From IMG/VR virus record IMGVR_UViG_643348551_000004: 44,935 bases of DNA. One strand, written 5' to 3'. This document shows positions 31,524-43,672 of this stretch, piece by piece (position 1 is the first letter of the stretch; each line of letters starts with the position of its first letter). The position numbers and the translations under genes are program-made. Below the pieces are notes generated by a model. That model saw only the letters and a list, made by a program, of their open reading frames with translations. It ran no database searches and had not been told where the DNA came from. The DNA comes from a virus (lineage: Duplodnaviria > Heunggongvirae > Uroviricota > Caudoviricetes).

Positions 31524-34077
31524 ACCGGTAGGCGATCTGGTCGTTGATTTGAGTCTGGATGCGGCCAGATTTGACGAGCAGATGGCCAGAGTCAGGCGTC
31601 ATTTTTCCGGTACGGAAAGTGATGCGAAAAAAACAGCGGCAGTCGTTGAACAGTCGATGAACCGGCAGGCGCTGGCTGCACAGAAAGCGGGAATTTCCGT
31701 CGGGCAGTATAAAGCCGCCATGCGTATGCTGCCTGCGCAGTTCACTGACGTGGCCACGCAGCTTGCAGGCGGGCAAAGTCCGTGGCTGATCCTGCTGCAA
31801 CAGGGGGGTCAGGTGAAGGACTCCTTCGGCGGGATGATCCCCATGTTCCGGGGGCTTGCCGGTGCGATCACCCTGCCGATGGTGGGGGCTACCTCGCTGG
31901 CGGTGGCGACCGGAGCGCTGGCGTATGCCTGGTATCAGGGCAACTCAACCCTGTCCGATTTCAACAAAACGCTGGTCCTTTCCGGCAATCAGGCGGGACT
32001 GACGGCAGATCGTATGCTGGTCCTGTCCAGAGCCGGGCAGGCGGCAGGGCTGACGTTTAACCAGACCAGCGAGTCACTCAGCGCACTGGTTAAGGCGGGG
32101 GTAAGCGGTGAGGCTCAGATTGCGTCCATCAGCCAGAGTGTGGCGCGTTTCTCCTCTGCATCCGGCGTGGAGGTGGACAAGGTCGCTGAAGCCTTCGGGA
32201 AGCTGACCACAGACCCGACGTCGGGGCTGACGGCGATGGCACGCCAGTTCCATAACGTGACGGCGGAGCAGATTGCGTATGTTGCTCAGTTGCAGCGTTC
32301 CGGCGATGAAGCCGGGGCATTGCAGGCGGCGAACGAGGCCGCAACGAAAGGGTTTGATGACCAGACCCGACGCTTGAAAGAGAACATGGGCACGCTGGAA
32401 ACCTGGGCAGACAGGACAGCACGGGCATTCAAATCCATGTGGGATGCGGTGCTGGATATTGGTCGTCCTGATACCGCGCAGGAGATGCTGATTAAGGCAG
32501 AGGCCGCGTTTAAGAAAGCGGACGATATCTGGAATCTGCGCAAGGATGATTATTTTGTTAACGATGAAGCGCGGGCGCGTTACTGGGATGATCGTGAAAA
32601 GGCCCGTCTTGCGCTTGAAGTCGCCCGAAAGAAGGCTGAGCAGCAGAGTCAACAGGACAAAAATGCGCAGCAGCAGAGCGATACCGAAGCGTCACGGCTG
32701 AAATATACCGAAGAGGCGCAGAAGGCTTACGAACGGCTGCAGACGCCGCTGGAGAAATATACCGCCCGTCAGGAAGAACTGAACAAGGCACTGAAAGACG
32801 GGAAAATCCTGCAGGCGGATTACAACACGCTGATGGCGGCGGCGAAAAAGGATTATGAAGCGACGCTGAAAAAGCCGAAACAGTCCGGCGTGAAGGTGTC
32901 TGCGGGCGATCGTCAGGAAGACAGTGCTCATGCTGCCCTGCTGACGCTTCAGGCAGAACTCCGGACGCTGGAGAAGCATGCCGGAGCAAATGAGAAAATC
33001 AGCCAGCAGCGCCGGGATTTGTGGAAGGCGGAGAGTCAGTTCGCGGTACTGGAGGAGGCGGCGCAACGTCGCCAGCTGTCTGCACAGGAGAAATCCCTGC
33101 TGGCGCATAAAGATGAGACGCTGGAGTACAAACGCCAGCTGGCTGCACTTGGCGACAAGGTTACGTATCAGGAGCGCCTGAACGCGCTGGCGCAGCAGGC
33201 GGATAAATTCGCACAGCAGCAACGGGCAAAACGGGCCGCCATTGATGCGAAAAGCCGGGGGCTGACTGACCGGCAGGCAGAACGGGAAGCCACGGAACAG
33301 CGCCTGAAGGAACAGTATGGCGATAATCCGCTGGCGCTGAATAACGTCATGTCAGAGCAGAAAAAGACCTGGGCGGCTGAAGACCAGCTTCGCGGGAGCT
33401 GGATGGCAGGCCTGAAGTCCGGCTGGAGTGAGTGGGAAGAGAGCGCCACGGACAGTATGTCGCAGGTAAAAAGTGCAGCCACGCAGACCTTTGATGGTAT
33501 TGCACAGAATATGGCGGCGATGCTGACCGGCAGTGAGCAGAACTGGCGCAGCTTCACCCGTTCCGTGCTGTCCATGATGACAGAAATTCTGCTTAAGCAG
33601 GCAATGGTGGGGATTGTCGGGAGTATCGGCAGCGCCATTGGCGGGGCTGTTGGTGGCGGCGCATCCGCGTCAGGCGGTACAGCCATTCAGGCCGCTGCGG
33701 CGAAATTCCATTTTGCAACCGGAGGATTTACGGGAACCGGCGGCAAATATGAGCCAGCGGGGATTGTTCACCGTGGTGAATTTGTCTTCACGAAGGAGGC
33801 AACCAGCCGGATTGGCGTGGGGAATCTTTACCGGCTGATGCGCGGCTATGCCACCGGCGGTTATGTCGGTACACCGGGCAGCATGGCAGACAGCCGGTCG
33901 CAGGCGTCCGGGACGTTTGAGCAGAATAACCATGTGGTGATTAACAACGACGGCACGAACGGGCAGATAGGTCCGGCTGCTCTGAAGGCGGTGTATGACA
34001 TGGCCCGCAAGGGTGCCCGTGATGAAATTCAGACACAGATGCGTGATGGTGGCCTGTTCTCCGGAGGTGGACGATGA
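31516..34077 (+). CDS. H: Tail tape-measure protein H
   Basis: 853 aa, lambda H length/position. Confidence 0.95.
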   Translation: MAEPVGDLVVDLSLDAARFDEQMARVRRHFSGTESDAKKTAAVVEQSMNRQALAAQKAGISVGQYKAAMRMLPAQFTDVATQLAGGQSPWLILLQQGGQVKDSFGGMIPMFRGLAGAITLPMVGATSLAVATGALAYAWYQGNSTLSDFNKTLVLSGNQAGLTADRMLVLSRAGQAAGLTFNQTSESLSALVKAGVSGEAQIASISQSVARFSSASGVEVDKVAEAFGKLTTDPTSGLTAMARQFHNVTAEQIAYVAQLQRSGDEAGALQAANEAATKGFDDQTRRLKENMGTLETWADRTARAFKSMWDAVLDIGRPDTAQEMLIKAEAAFKKADDIWNLRKDDYFVNDEARARYWDDREKARLALEVARKKAEQQSQQDKNAQQQSDTEASRLKYTEEAQKAYERLQTPLEKYTARQEELNKALKDGKILQADYNTLMAAAKKDYEATLKKPKQSGVKVSAGDRQEDSAHAALLTLQAELRTLEKHAGANEKISQQRRDLWKAESQFAVLEEAAQRRQLSAQEKSLLAHKDETLEYKRQLAALGDKVTYQERLNALAQQADKFAQQQRAKRAAIDAKSRGLTDRQAEREATEQRLKEQYGDNPLALNNVMSEQKKTWAAEDQLRGSWMAGLKSGWSEWEESATDSMSQVKSAATQTFDGIAQNMAAMLTGSEQNWRSFTRSVLSMMTEILLKQAMVGIVGSIGSAIGGAVGGGASASGGTAIQAAAAKFHFATGGFTGTGGKYEPAGIVHRGEFVFTKEATSRIGVGNLYRLMRGYATGGYVGTPGSMADSRSQASGTFEQNNHVVINNDGTNGQIGPAALKAVYDMARKGARDEIQTQMRDGGLFSGGGR

Positions 34078-34403
34078 AGACCTTCCGCTGGAAAGTGAAA
34101 CCCGGTATGGATGTGGCTTCGGTCCCTTCTGTAAGAAAGGTGCGCTTTGGTGATGGCTATTCTCAGCGAGCGCCTGCCGGGCTGAATGCCAACCTGAAAA
34201 CGTACAGCGTGACGCTTTCTGTCCCCCGTGAGGAGGCCACGGTACTGGAGTCGTTTCTGGAAGAGCACGGGGGCTGGAAATCCTTTCTGTGGACGCCGCC
34301 TTATGAGTGGCGGCAGATAAAGGTGACCTGCGCAAAATGGTCGTCGCGGATCAGTATGTTGCGTGTTGAGTTCAGCGCAGAGTTTGAACAGGTGGTGAAC
34401 TGA
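34074..34403 (+). CDS. M: Tail tip protein M
   Basis: 109 aa, lambda M position/length. Confidence 0.9.
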   Translation: MKTFRWKVKPGMDVASVPSVRKVRFGDGYSQRAPAGLNANLKTYSVTLSVPREEATVLESFLEEHGGWKSFLWTPPYEWRQIKVTCAKWSSRISMLRVEFSAEFEQVVN

Positions 34404-35101
34404 TGCAGGATATCCGGCAGGAAACACTGAATGAATGCACCCGTGCGGAGCAGTCGGCCAGCGTGGTGCTCTGGGAAATCGACCTGACAGAGGTCGGTGG
34501 AGAACGTTATTTTTTCTGTAATGAGCAGAACGAAAAAGGTGAGCCGGTCACCTGGCAGGGGCGACAGTATCAGCCGTATCCCATTCAGGGGAGCGGTTTT
34601 GAACTGAATGGCAAAGGCACCAGTACGCGCCCCACGCTGACGGTTTCTAACCTGTACGGTATGGTCACCGGGATGGCGGAAGATATGCAGAGTCTGGTCG
34701 GCGGAACGGTGGTCCGGCGTAAGGTTTACGCCCGTTTTCTGGATGCGGTGAACTTCGTCAACGGAAACAGTTACGCCGATCCGGAGCAGGAGGTGATCAG
34801 CCGCTGGCGCATTGAGCAGTGCAGCGAACTGAGCGCGGTGAGTGCCTCCTTTGTACTGTCCACGCCGACGGAAACGGATGGCGCTGTTTTTCCGGGACGT
34901 ATCATGCTGGCCAACACCTGCACCTGGACCTATCGCGGTGACGAGTGCGGTTATAGCGGTCCGGCTGTCGCGGATGAATATGACCAGCCAACGTCCGATA
35001 TCACGAAGGATAAATGCAGCAAATGCCTGAGCGGTTGTAAGTTCCGCAATAACGTCGGCAACTTTGGCGGCTTCCTTTCCATTAACAAACTTTCGCAGTA
35101 A
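34403..35101 (+). CDS. L: Tail tip protein L
   Basis: 232 aa, lambda L position/length. Confidence 0.9.
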   Translation: MQDIRQETLNECTRAEQSASVVLWEIDLTEVGGERYFFCNEQNEKGEPVTWQGRQYQPYPIQGSGFELNGKGTSTRPTLTVSNLYGMVTGMAEDMQSLVGGTVVRRKVYARFLDAVNFVNGNSYADPEQEVISRWRIEQCSELSAVSASFVLSTPTETDGAVFPGRIMLANTCTWTYRGDECGYSGPAVADEYDQPTSDITKDKCSKCLSGCKFRNNVGNFGGFLSINKLSQ

Positions 35102-35106
35102 ATCCC

Positions 35107-35850
35107 ATGACACAGACAGAATCAGCGATTCTGGCGCACGCCCGGCGATGTGCGCCAGCGGAGTCGTGCGGCTTCGTGGTAAGCACGCCGGAGGGGGAAA
35201 GATATTTTCCCTGCGTGAATATCTCCGGTGAGCCGGAGGCGTATTTCCGTATGTCGCCGGAAGACTGGCTGCAGGCAGAAATGCAGGGTGAGATTGTGGC
35301 GCTGGTCCACAGCCACCCCGGTGGTCTGCCCTGGCTGAGTGAGGCCGACCGGCGGCTGCAGGTGCAGAGTGATTTGCCGTGGTGGCTGGTCTGCCGGGGG
35401 ACGATTCATAAGTTCCGCTGTGTGCCGCATCTCACCGGGCGGCGCTTTGAGCACGGTGTGACGGACTGTTACACACTGTTCCGGGATGCTTATCATCTGG
35501 CGGGGATTGAGATGCCGGACTTTTATCGTGAGGATGACTGGTGGCGTAACGGCCAGAATCTCTATCTGGATAATCTGGAGGCGACGGGGCTGTATCAGGT
35601 GCCGTTGTCAGCGGCACAGCCGGGCGATGTGCTGCTGTGCTGTTTTGGTTCATCAGTGCCGAATCACGCCGCAATTTACTGCGGCGACGGCGAGCTGCTG
35701 CACCATATTCCTGAACAACTGAGCAAACGAGAGAGGTACACCGACAAATGGCAGCGACGCACACACTCCCTCTGGCGTCACCGGGCATGGCGCGCATCTG
35801 CCTTTACGGGGATTTACAACGATTTGGTCGCCGCATCGACCTTCGTGTGA
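35107..35850 (+). CDS. K: Tail tip assembly protein K (JAB/MPN-type domain)
   Basis: 247-aa ORF; JAMM-like HSHPGG with an upstream Glu (ESCGFVV) that lies before the shorter classical start at 35251. Confidence 0.85.
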   Translation: MTQTESAILAHARRCAPAESCGFVVSTPEGERYFPCVNISGEPEAYFRMSPEDWLQAEMQGEIVALVHSHPGGLPWLSEADRRLQVQSDLPWWLVCRGTIHKFRCVPHLTGRRFEHGVTDCYTLFRDAYHLAGIEMPDFYREDDWWRNGQNLYLDNLEATGLYQVPLSAAQPGDVLLCCFGSSVPNHAAIYCGDGELLHHIPEQLSKRERYTDKWQRRTHSLWRHRAWRASAFTGIYNDLVAASTFV

Positions 35851-36419
35851 AAACGGGGGCTGAAGCCATCCGGGCACTGGCCACACAGCTCCCGGCGTTT
35901 CGTCAGAAACTGAGCGACGGCTGGTATCAGGTACGGATTGCCGGGCGGGACGTCAGCACGTCCGGGTTAACGGCGCAGTTACATGAGACTCTGCCTGATG
36001 GCGCTGTGATTCATATTGTTCCCAGAGTCGCCGGGGCCAAGTCAGGTGGCGTATTCCAGATTGTCCTGGGGGCTGCCGCCATTGCCGGATCATTCTTTAC
36101 CGCCGGAGCCACCCTTGCAGCATGGGGGGCAGCCATTGGGACCGGTGGTATGACCGGCATCCTGTTTTCTCTCGGTGCCAGTATGGTGCTCGGTGGTGTG
36201 GCGCAGATGCTGGCACCGAAAGCCAGGACGCCCACGGCAGCCAGTACAGATAACGGCAAACAGAACACGTATTTCTCGTCACTGGATAACATGGTTGCCC
36301 AGGGCAATGTTCTGCCTGTTCTGTACGGTGAAATGCGCGTGGGGTCGCGGGTGGTCTCTCAGGAGATCAGCACGGCAGACGAAGGGGACGGTGGTCAGGT
36401 TGTGGTGATTGGTCGTTGA
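35748..36419 (+). CDS. I: Tail tip assembly protein I
   Basis: 223 aa, lambda I position/length; overlaps K. Confidence 0.85.
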   Translation: MAATHTLPLASPGMARICLYGDLQRFGRRIDLRVKTGAEAIRALATQLPAFRQKLSDGWYQVRIAGRDVSTSGLTAQLHETLPDGAVIHIVPRVAGAKSGGVFQIVLGAAAIAGSFFTAGATLAAWGAAIGTGGMTGILFSLGASMVLGGVAQMLAPKARTPTAASTDNGKQNTYFSSLDNMVAQGNVLPVLYGEMRVGSRVVSQEISTADEGDGGQVVVIGR

Positions 36420-36479
36420 TGAAAAACGTTTTATGTGAAACCGCTTCCGGGCGGTTTTGTCGTTTATGGAGCGTGAGGA

Positions 36480-39400
36480 ATGGGTAAAGGCAGCAGTAAG
36501 GGGCATACTCCGCGCGAAACGAAGGACAACCTGAAGTCCACGCAGTTGTTGAGTGTGATCGATGCCATCAGCGAAGGGCCGGTTGAAGGTCCGGTGGATG
36601 GATTAAAAAGCGTGCTGCTGAACAGTACGCCAGTGCTGGACAGTGAGGGGAATACCAACATCTCCGGCGTCACGGTGGTGTTCCGGGCCGGTGAGCAGGA
36701 GCAGACACCGCCGGAGGGATTTGAATCCTCCGGCTCCGAGACGGTGCTGGGTACGGAAGTGAAATACGACACGCCGATCACCCGGACCATCACGTCGGCA
36801 AACATTGACCGACTGCGCTTTACCTTCGGTGTGCAGGCACTGGTGGAAACCACCTCAAAGGGGGACCGGAATCCGTCGGAAGTTCGCCTGCTGGTTCAGA
36901 TACAGCGTAATGGTGGCTGGGTGACGGAAAAAGACATCACCATTAAGGGCAAAACCACCTCGCAGTATCTGGCCTCGGTGGTGGTGGATAACCTGCCGCC
37001 GCGCCCGTTCAGTATCCGGATGCGCAGGATGACGCCGGACAGCACCACAGACCAGCTGCAGAACAAAACGCTCTGGTCGTCATACACCGAAATCATCGAT
37101 GTGAAACAGTGCTACCCGAATACGGCACTGGTCGGCGTACAGGTGGATTCGGAGCAGTTCGGCAGCCAGCAGGTGAGCCGTAATTATCATCTTCGCGGGC
37201 GCATTCTGCAGGTGCCGTCGAACTATAACCCGCAGACGCGGCAATACAGCGGTATCTGGGACGGAACGTTTAAGCCAGCATACAGCAACAACATGGCCTG
37301 GTGTCTGTGGGATATGCTGACCCATCCGCGCTACGGCATGGGGAAACGTCTTGGTGCGGCGGATGTGGACAAATGGGCGCTGTATGTCATCGGCCAGCAT
37401 TGCGATCAGTCGGTGCCGGACGGTTTTGGCGGCACGGAGCCGCGCATCACCTGTAATGCGTACCTGACCACACAGCGCAAGGCGTGGGATGTGCTCAGTG
37501 ATTTCTGCTCGGCGATGCGCTGTATGCCGGTATGGAACGGGCAGACGCTGACGTTCGTGCAGGACCGACCGTCGGATAAGGTGTGGACCTATAACCGCAG
37601 TAATGTGGTGATGCCGGATGATGGTGCGCCGTTCCGCTACAGCTTCAGCGCCCTGAAGGACCGCCATAATGCCGTTGAGGTGAACTGGATTGACCCGAAT
37701 AACGGCTGGGAGACGGCGACAGAGCTTGTGGAGGACACGCAGGCCATTGCCCGTTACGGTCGTAACGTCACGAAGATGGATGCTTTTGGCTGTACCAGCC
37801 GGGGGCAGGCACACCGCGCCGGGCTGTGGCTGATTAAAACAGAACTGCTGGAAACGCAGACCGTGGACTTCAGCGTGGGTGCCGAAGGGCTTCGCCATGT
37901 ACCGGGCGATGTCATTGAAATCTGCGATGATGACTATGCCGGTATCCGCACCGGCGGGCGCGTGCTGGCGGTAAACAGCCAGACCCGGACGCTGACGCTC
38001 GACCGTGAAATCACGCTGCCATCTTCCGGCACCACGCTGATAAGCCTGGTTGACGGGCAGGGGAGTCCGGTCAGCGTGGAGGTTCAGTCCGTCACCGACG
38101 GCGTGAAGGTGAAAGTGAGCCGTGTTCCTGACGGCGTTGCTGAATACAGCGTATGGGGGCTGAAGCTGCCGACGTTGCGCCAGCGCCTGTTCCGCTGCGT
38201 GAGTATCCGTGAGAACGACGACGGCACGTATGCCATCACCGCCGTGCAGCATGTACCGGAAAAAGAGGCCATCGTGGATAACGGGGCGCACTTTGACGGC
38301 GACCAGAGCGGCACGGTAAATGGTGTCACGCCGCCAGCGGTGAAGCACCTGACCGCAGAAGTCACCGCAGACAGCGGGGAATACCAGGTGCTGGCGCGCT
38401 GGGACACGCCGAAGGTGGTGAAGGGCGTGAGCTTCCTGCTTCGCCTGACCGTGGCAGCGGATGACGGCCGTGAGCGGCTGGTCAGCACGGCCCGGACGAC
38501 GGAAACCACTTACCGCTTCACACAACTGGCTCTGGGGAACTACAGGCTGACAGTCCGGGCAGTAAATGCGTGGGGGCAGCAGGGCGATCCGGCGTCGGTA
38601 TCGTTCCGGATTGCCGCACCGGCAGCGCCGTCGCGGATTGAGCTGACGCCGGGCTATTTTCAGATAACCGCCACGCCGCATCTTGCGGTTTATGACCCGA
38701 CGGTACAGTTTGAGTTCTGGTTCTCGGAAAAACGGATTGCGGATATCAGGCAGGTTGAAACCAGCGCGCGTTATCTTGGTACGGCACTGTACTGGATAGC
38801 CGCCAGTATCAATATCAAACCGGGCCATGATTATTATTTTTACGTTCGCAGTGTGAACACCGTTGGCAAATCGGCATTCGTGGAGGCTGTCGGTCAGCCG
38901 AGTGATGATGCATCAGGCTATCTGGATTTTTTCAAAGGCGAGATAGGGAAAACCCATCTGGCTCAGGAGCTGTGGACGCAGATTGATAACGGTCAGCTTG
39001 CGCCTGACCTGACTGAAATCAGGACGTCCATAACGGATGTCAGCAATGAAATAACACAGACCGTCAATAAGAAACTGGAAGACCAGAGTGCAGCGATCCA
39101 GCAGATACAGAAGGTTCAGGTTGATACAAATAATAACCTGAACAGCATGTGGGCAGTGAAGCTGCAGCAGATGCAGGACGGACGCCTTTATATTGCGGGT
39201 ATCGGTGCCGGTATTGAGAACACCCCTGACGGCATGCAGAGTCAGGTGCTGCTGGCAGCAGACAGGATTGCGATGATTAATCCTGCGAATGGCAACACAA
39301 AGCCGATGTTTGTTGGTCAGGGCGATCAGATATTCATGAATGAAGTGTTCCTGAAACGCCTGACGGCCCCCACCATTACCAGCGGCGGTAATCCTCCGGC

Positions 39401-39977
39401 ATTTTCCCTGACATCAGACGGGAGACTGACGGCGAAAAATGCGGATATCAGTGGCAGTGTGAATGCGAACTCAGGAACGCTCAACAATGTCACGATTAAC
39501 CAGAACTGTACGATTAAGGGCATGCTGGAGGCGACCCAGGTCAGAGGAGATTTCGTTAAAGCTGTATCAAAAGCCTTCCCGAAAAAAGTCGGTACGTGGG
39601 GTAACACGGAAACACCAAACGGTACGGTTACAGTCACCATCAGCGATGATCATAACTTTGACCGCCAGATTATTATTCCGCCCATTATTTTTAACGGTAT
39701 AGCGTATGACGATCCGGGGAGCGGAAATAACCCGGGAGGCACGCGATACACGGGTTATGGTTTTGAAGTTCGCAAAAACGGCGTATTAATCGCATCCAGA
39801 GAAACTAAAGGGGCCATTCCCGGTAGTTACAGTGCAGTTATTGATATGCCTAGTGGTGGTGGTAGCGTCACTCTGGAGTTTAAGATTTTCCAGAAAGGCA
39901 ATCAGGGGGCAGGCAATATCACCGACTGTACGGTGATTGTGACCAAAAAAGCGGCTTCCGGCATCAGTATTCGTTGA
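36480..39977 (+). CDS. J: Central tail fibre / tip attachment protein J
   Basis: 1165 aa; N-terminal about 1000 aa recalled as lambda J; C-terminal about 150 aa appears divergent. Confidence 0.9.
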   Translation: MGKGSSKGHTPRETKDNLKSTQLLSVIDAISEGPVEGPVDGLKSVLLNSTPVLDSEGNTNISGVTVVFRAGEQEQTPPEGFESSGSETVLGTEVKYDTPITRTITSANIDRLRFTFGVQALVETTSKGDRNPSEVRLLVQIQRNGGWVTEKDITIKGKTTSQYLASVVVDNLPPRPFSIRMRRMTPDSTTDQLQNKTLWSSYTEIIDVKQCYPNTALVGVQVDSEQFGSQQVSRNYHLRGRILQVPSNYNPQTRQYSGIWDGTFKPAYSNNMAWCLWDMLTHPRYGMGKRLGAADVDKWALYVIGQHCDQSVPDGFGGTEPRITCNAYLTTQRKAWDVLSDFCSAMRCMPVWNGQTLTFVQDRPSDKVWTYNRSNVVMPDDGAPFRYSFSALKDRHNAVEVNWIDPNNGWETATELVEDTQAIARYGRNVTKMDAFGCTSRGQAHRAGLWLIKTELLETQTVDFSVGAEGLRHVPGDVIEICDDDYAGIRTGGRVLAVNSQTRTLTLDREITLPSSGTTLISLVDGQGSPVSVEVQSVTDGVKVKVSRVPDGVAEYSVWGLKLPTLRQRLFRCVSIRENDDGTYAITAVQHVPEKEAIVDNGAHFDGDQSGTVNGVTPPAVKHLTAEVTADSGEYQVLARWDTPKVVKGVSFLLRLTVAADDGRERLVSTARTTETTYRFTQLALGNYRLTVRAVNAWGQQGDPASVSFRIAAPAAPSRIELTPGYFQITATPHLAVYDPTVQFEFWFSEKRIADIRQVETSARYLGTALYWIAASINIKPGHDYYFYVRSVNTVGKSAFVEAVGQPSDDASGYLDFFKGEIGKTHLAQELWTQIDNGQLAPDLTEIRTSITDVSNEITQTVNKKLEDQSAAIQQIQKVQVDTNNNLNSMWAVKLQQMQDGRLYIAGIGAGIENTPDGMQSQVLLAADRIAMINPANGNTKPMFVGQGDQIFMNEVFLKRLTAPTITSGGNPPAFSLTSDGRLTAKNADISGSVNANSGTLNNVTINQNCTIKGMLEATQVRGDFVKAVSKAFPKKVGTWGNTETPNGTVTVTISDDHNFDRQIIIPPIIFNGIAYDDPGSGNNPGGTRYTGYGFEVRKNGVLIASRETKGAIPGSYSAVIDMPSGGGSVTLEFKIFQKGNQGAGNITDCTVIVTKKAASGISIR

Positions 39978-40047
39978 AATATTTATAACCCCAATAAATG
40001 GCGTCAGGAATGACGCCTTTTTTATTGCAGAAAAGCGAGAGGTAATT

Positions 40048-40647
40048 ATGCGTAAAGTTTGTGCCGCCATTTTGTCCGCAGCCATTTGTCTGGCCGTATC
40101 CGGTGCGCCTGCATGGGCGTCTGAACATCAGTCCACGCTGAGCGCGGGGTATCTTCATGCCCGGACCAACGTTCCCGGCAGTGATGATCTGAACGGGATT
40201 AACGTGAAATACCGTTATGAGTTTACGGATACGCTGGGGCTGGTGACGTCATTCAGCTATGCAGGAGACAAGAATCGCCAGCTGACCCATTACAGCGATA
40301 CTCGCTGGCATGAAGATTCCGTTCGTAACCGCTGGTTCAGCGTAATGGCGGGGCCGTCTGTGCGCGTGAATGAATGGTTCAGCGCGTATGCGATGGCGGG
40401 TGTGGCTTACAGCCGTGTGTCGACTTTCTCCGGGGATTATCTCCGCGTAACTGACAACAAGGGGAAAACGCACGACGTGCTGACCGGAAGTGATGACGGT
40501 CGCCACAGCAACACGTCTCTGGCGTGGGGAGCTGGCGTGCAGTTTAACCCGACCGAATCCGTGGCCATTGATATTGCTTATGAAGGCTCCGGCAGTGGCG
40601 ACTGGCGCACTGACGGTTTCATCGTGGGTGTCGGTTATAAGTTCTGA
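40048..40647 (+). CDS. lom: Outer-membrane protein Lom (Ail/Lom family)
   Basis: 199 aa with signal peptide and beta-barrel pattern ending ..GVGYKF; downstream of J as in lambda. Confidence 0.85.
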   Translation: MRKVCAAILSAAICLAVSGAPAWASEHQSTLSAGYLHARTNVPGSDDLNGINVKYRYEFTDTLGLVTSFSYAGDKNRQLTHYSDTRWHEDSVRNRWFSVMAGPSVRVNEWFSAYAMAGVAYSRVSTFSGDYLRVTDNKGKTHDVLTGSDDGRHSNTSLAWGAGVQFNPTESVAIDIAYEGSGSGDWRTDGFIVGVGYKF

Positions 40648-40705
40648 TTAGCCAGGTAACACAGTGTTATGACAGCCCGCCGGTTCAGGCGGGCTTTTTT
40701 GTGGG

Positions 40706-43672
40706 GTGAATATGGCAGTAAAGATTTCAGGTGTACTGAAAGACGGCACAGGAAAACCGGTACAGAACTGCACAATCCAGCTGAAAGCAAAACGTAACAG
40801 CACCACGGTGGTGGTGAACACGCTGGCCTCAGAAAATCCGGATGAAGCCGGGCGTTACAGCATGGACGTTGAGTACGGTCAGTACAGCGTTATTCTGTTG
40901 GTGGAAGGATTCCCGCCGTCACATGCCGGGACCATCACCGTGTATGAAGATTCCCGACCCGGTACGCTGAATGATTTTCTCGGTGCCATGACGGAGGATG
41001 ATGCCCGTCCGGAGGCTCTGCGCCGTTTTGAACTGATGGTGGAAGAGGTGACGCGTAACGCGTCCGCGGTGGCACAGAACACGGCAGCCGCGAAGAAGTC
41101 AGCCAGTGATGCCGGCACATCTGCCCGTGAGGCGGCAACCCATGCGACTGATGCTGCAGGCTCAGCGCGTGCAGCCAGCACGTCAGCCGGACAGGCCGCG
41201 ACTTCGGCTCAGGAGGCGTCTTCCAGCGCAGGAACGGCATCAACAAAGGCCACTGAAGCATCAAAAAGTGCTGCCGCTGCAGAGTCCTCAAAAAGCGCGG
41301 CGGCCACCAGTGCCGGTGCGGCGAAAACGTCAGAAACGAATGCTGCAGCGTCACAAAAATCAGCAGCCACTTCAGCATCCACCGCGACCACGAAAGCGTC
41401 AGAAGCTGCCACCTCAGCCCGGGATGCGTCGGCTTCAAAAGAGGCAGCGAAATCATCAGAAACGAACGCATCATCAAGCGCCAGTAGTGCCGCTTCCTCG
41501 GCAACGGCGGCAGGCAATTCCGCGAAGGCGGCAAAGACGTCTGAGACAAACGCCAGGTCTTCTGAAACGGCAGCGGAACAGAGCGCCTCAGCTGCGGCAG
41601 ACTCTGAGACAGCAGCTGCATCATCGGCCCGTGAGGCGTCCATTAAGGCAGAGGAGGCAGCAGTCAGTGCCACCGCCGCCGGAAAATCGGCAGAAAGCGC
41701 CGCATCATCCGCTTCAACAGCCACAACGAAGGCTGGCGAAGCCACTGAACAGGCCAGCGCAGCAGCGAGGTCTGCTTCCGCAGCGAAGACATCCGAAACG
41801 AACGCGAAAGCGTCGGAAACCAGCGCAGAATCCTCAAAAACGGCTGCCGCATCGTCCGCCAGTTCGGCGGCGTCATCGGCATCATCTGCGTCTGCTTCAA
41901 AAGATGAGGCGACCAGACAGGCGTCAGCAGCGAGGGGCAGCGCCACGACGGCATCCACGAAGGCGACAGAGGCTGCTGGCAGTGCGGCAGCGGCAGCACA
42001 GAGCAAAAGTACGGCGGAATCCGCGGCAACGCGCGCCGAGACAGCAGCAAAACGGGCAGAGGATATTGCATCCGCCGTGGCGCTTGAGGATGCGAGCACG
42101 ACGAAAAAGGGGATAGTACAGCTCAGCAGTGCGACCAACAGCACTTCCGAGTCACAGGCGGCAACGCCAAAAGCCGTTAAGGCCGCGTATGACCTGGCTA
42201 ACGGGAAATACACCGCACAGGATGCAACGACAGCACAGAAAGGGATAGTTCAGCTCAGCAGTGCGACTAACAGCACTTCCGAGTCACAGGCGGCAACGCC
42301 AAAAGCCGTTAAGGCCGCGTATGACCTGGCTAACGGGAAATACACCGCACAGGACGCTACGACAGCACAAAAAGGAATTGTCCAGCTCAGTAGTGCAACC
42401 AACAGCACATCTGAAACGCTTGCTGCGACACCGAAAGCAGTGAAAGCAGCTAATGACAATGCGAATGGTCGGGTACCTTCTGCCCGTAAGGTGAATGGTA
42501 AGGCGCTTTCAGCGGATATAACACTGACGCCGAAAGATATTGGTACGCTTAACTCAACAACAATGTCATTCAGCGGTGGTGCTGGTTGGTTCAAATTAGC
42601 AACGGTAACCATGCCACAGGCGAGTTCTGTTGTTTCAATTACGTTGATTGGTGGCGCTGGATTTAACGTGGGGTCACCTCAACAGGCAGGTATATCTGAA
42701 CTTGTTTTACGTGCAGGTAATGGTAATCCGAAGGGGATTACTGGTGCTTTATGGCAGCGCACATCGACAGGGTTTACAAATTTTGCCTGGGTCAATACAT
42801 CTGGTGATACTTACGATATTTACGTTGCAATCGGAAATTATGCGACTGGTGTAAATATTCAATGGGATTATACCAGTAATGCCAGCGTGACGATTCATAC
42901 GTCACCAGCATATTCTGCTAATAAGCCGGAAGGGTTAACGGACGGTACAGTTTATTCACTCTATACGCCATCAGAGCAGTTTTATCCGCCTGGCGCACCA
43001 ATCCCGTGGCCATCAGATACCGTTCCGTCTGGCTATGCCCTGATGCAGGGGCAGACTTTTGACAAATCTGCATACCCGAAACTTGCAGCCGCTTATCCGT
43101 CAGGCGTGATCCCTGATATGCGTGGCTGGACGATTAAGGGCAAACCTGCCAGTGGTCGGGCCGTATTGTCTCAGGAACAGGACGGCATTAAATCGCATAC
43201 CCACAGCGCCAGCGCATCCAGTACGGATTTGGGGACGAAAACCACATCGTCGTTTGATTACGGCACTAAATCCACGAATAACACTGGTGCGCATACCCAT
43301 AGTTTAAGTGGCAGCACGAATGCAGCTGGTAATCACAGCCATAGAGATGGCCGTCGATTTAACCCCAGTGTTTTTAAAGATACTTATCAATATGGTTATA
43401 CAAGCTCAGGTCAAAATACCTGGGGTGTACAAGGCTCAGTAGGTATGTCTACGGGGTGGTTAGCGAATACCAGTACAGATGGTAATCATAGCCATTCACT
43501 GTCCGGCACAGCAGCATCTGCAGGTGCACACGCGCATACTGTCGGTATTGGTGCTCATACGCACTCCGTTGCGATTGGTTCACATGGACACACCATCACC
43601 GTTAACGCTGCTGGTAACGCGGAAAACACCGTCAAAAACATCGCATTTAACTATATTGTGAGGCTTGCATAA
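40706..43672 (+). CDS. stf: Side tail fibre protein Stf
   Basis: 988 aa; long Ala/Ser/Thr-rich region, three 44-aa tandem repeats, C-terminal His-rich HxH repeats typical of tail-fibre tips. Confidence 0.9.
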   Translation: MNMAVKISGVLKDGTGKPVQNCTIQLKAKRNSTTVVVNTLASENPDEAGRYSMDVEYGQYSVILLVEGFPPSHAGTITVYEDSRPGTLNDFLGAMTEDDARPEALRRFELMVEEVTRNASAVAQNTAAAKKSASDAGTSAREAATHATDAAGSARAASTSAGQAATSAQEASSSAGTASTKATEASKSAAAAESSKSAAATSAGAAKTSETNAAASQKSAATSASTATTKASEAATSARDASASKEAAKSSETNASSSASSAASSATAAGNSAKAAKTSETNARSSETAAEQSASAAADSETAAASSAREASIKAEEAAVSATAAGKSAESAASSASTATTKAGEATEQASAAARSASAAKTSETNAKASETSAESSKTAAASSASSAASSASSASASKDEATRQASAARGSATTASTKATEAAGSAAAAAQSKSTAESAATRAETAAKRAEDIASAVALEDASTTKKGIVQLSSATNSTSESQAATPKAVKAAYDLANGKYTAQDATTAQKGIVQLSSATNSTSESQAATPKAVKAAYDLANGKYTAQDATTAQKGIVQLSSATNSTSETLAATPKAVKAANDNANGRVPSARKVNGKALSADITLTPKDIGTLNSTTMSFSGGAGWFKLATVTMPQASSVVSITLIGGAGFNVGSPQQAGISELVLRAGNGNPKGITGALWQRTSTGFTNFAWVNTSGDTYDIYVAIGNYATGVNIQWDYTSNASVTIHTSPAYSANKPEGLTDGTVYSLYTPSEQFYPPGAPIPWPSDTVPSGYALMQGQTFDKSAYPKLAAAYPSGVIPDMRGWTIKGKPASGRAVLSQEQDGIKSHTHSASASSTDLGTKTTSSFDYGTKSTNNTGAHTHSLSGSTNAAGNHSHRDGRRFNPSVFKDTYQYGYTSSGQNTWGVQGSVGMSTGWLANTSTDGNHSHSLSGTAASAGAHAHTVGIGAHTHSVAIGSHGHTITVNAAGNAENTVKNIAFNYIVRLA
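42104..42499 (+). repeat. Three tandem 132-bp repeats inside stf
   Basis: Two near-identical and one diverged copy of a 132-bp unit encoding [44 protein letters not shown]. Confidence 0.75.

Noticed and set aside
32074-34335. Several 100-220 aa minus-strand ORFs
   Set aside because: All lie antisense within the tape-measure gene H and are Arg/Leu/Pro-rich low complexity.
37080-38828. 582-aa ORF on the minus strand
   Set aside because: Lies entirely antisense within J, is Arg/Pro/His-rich low-complexity with no RBS, and is typical of a GC-rich antisense frame; J on the plus strand is strongly supported.
41106-42213. Two long ORFs (336 aa plus strand, 334 aa minus strand) overlapping stf
   Set aside because: Both are alternate-frame readings of the repetitive Ala/Ser/Thr-coding region (Arg/Pro-rich and Ala/Asp-rich low complexity); an artefact of the repeats.
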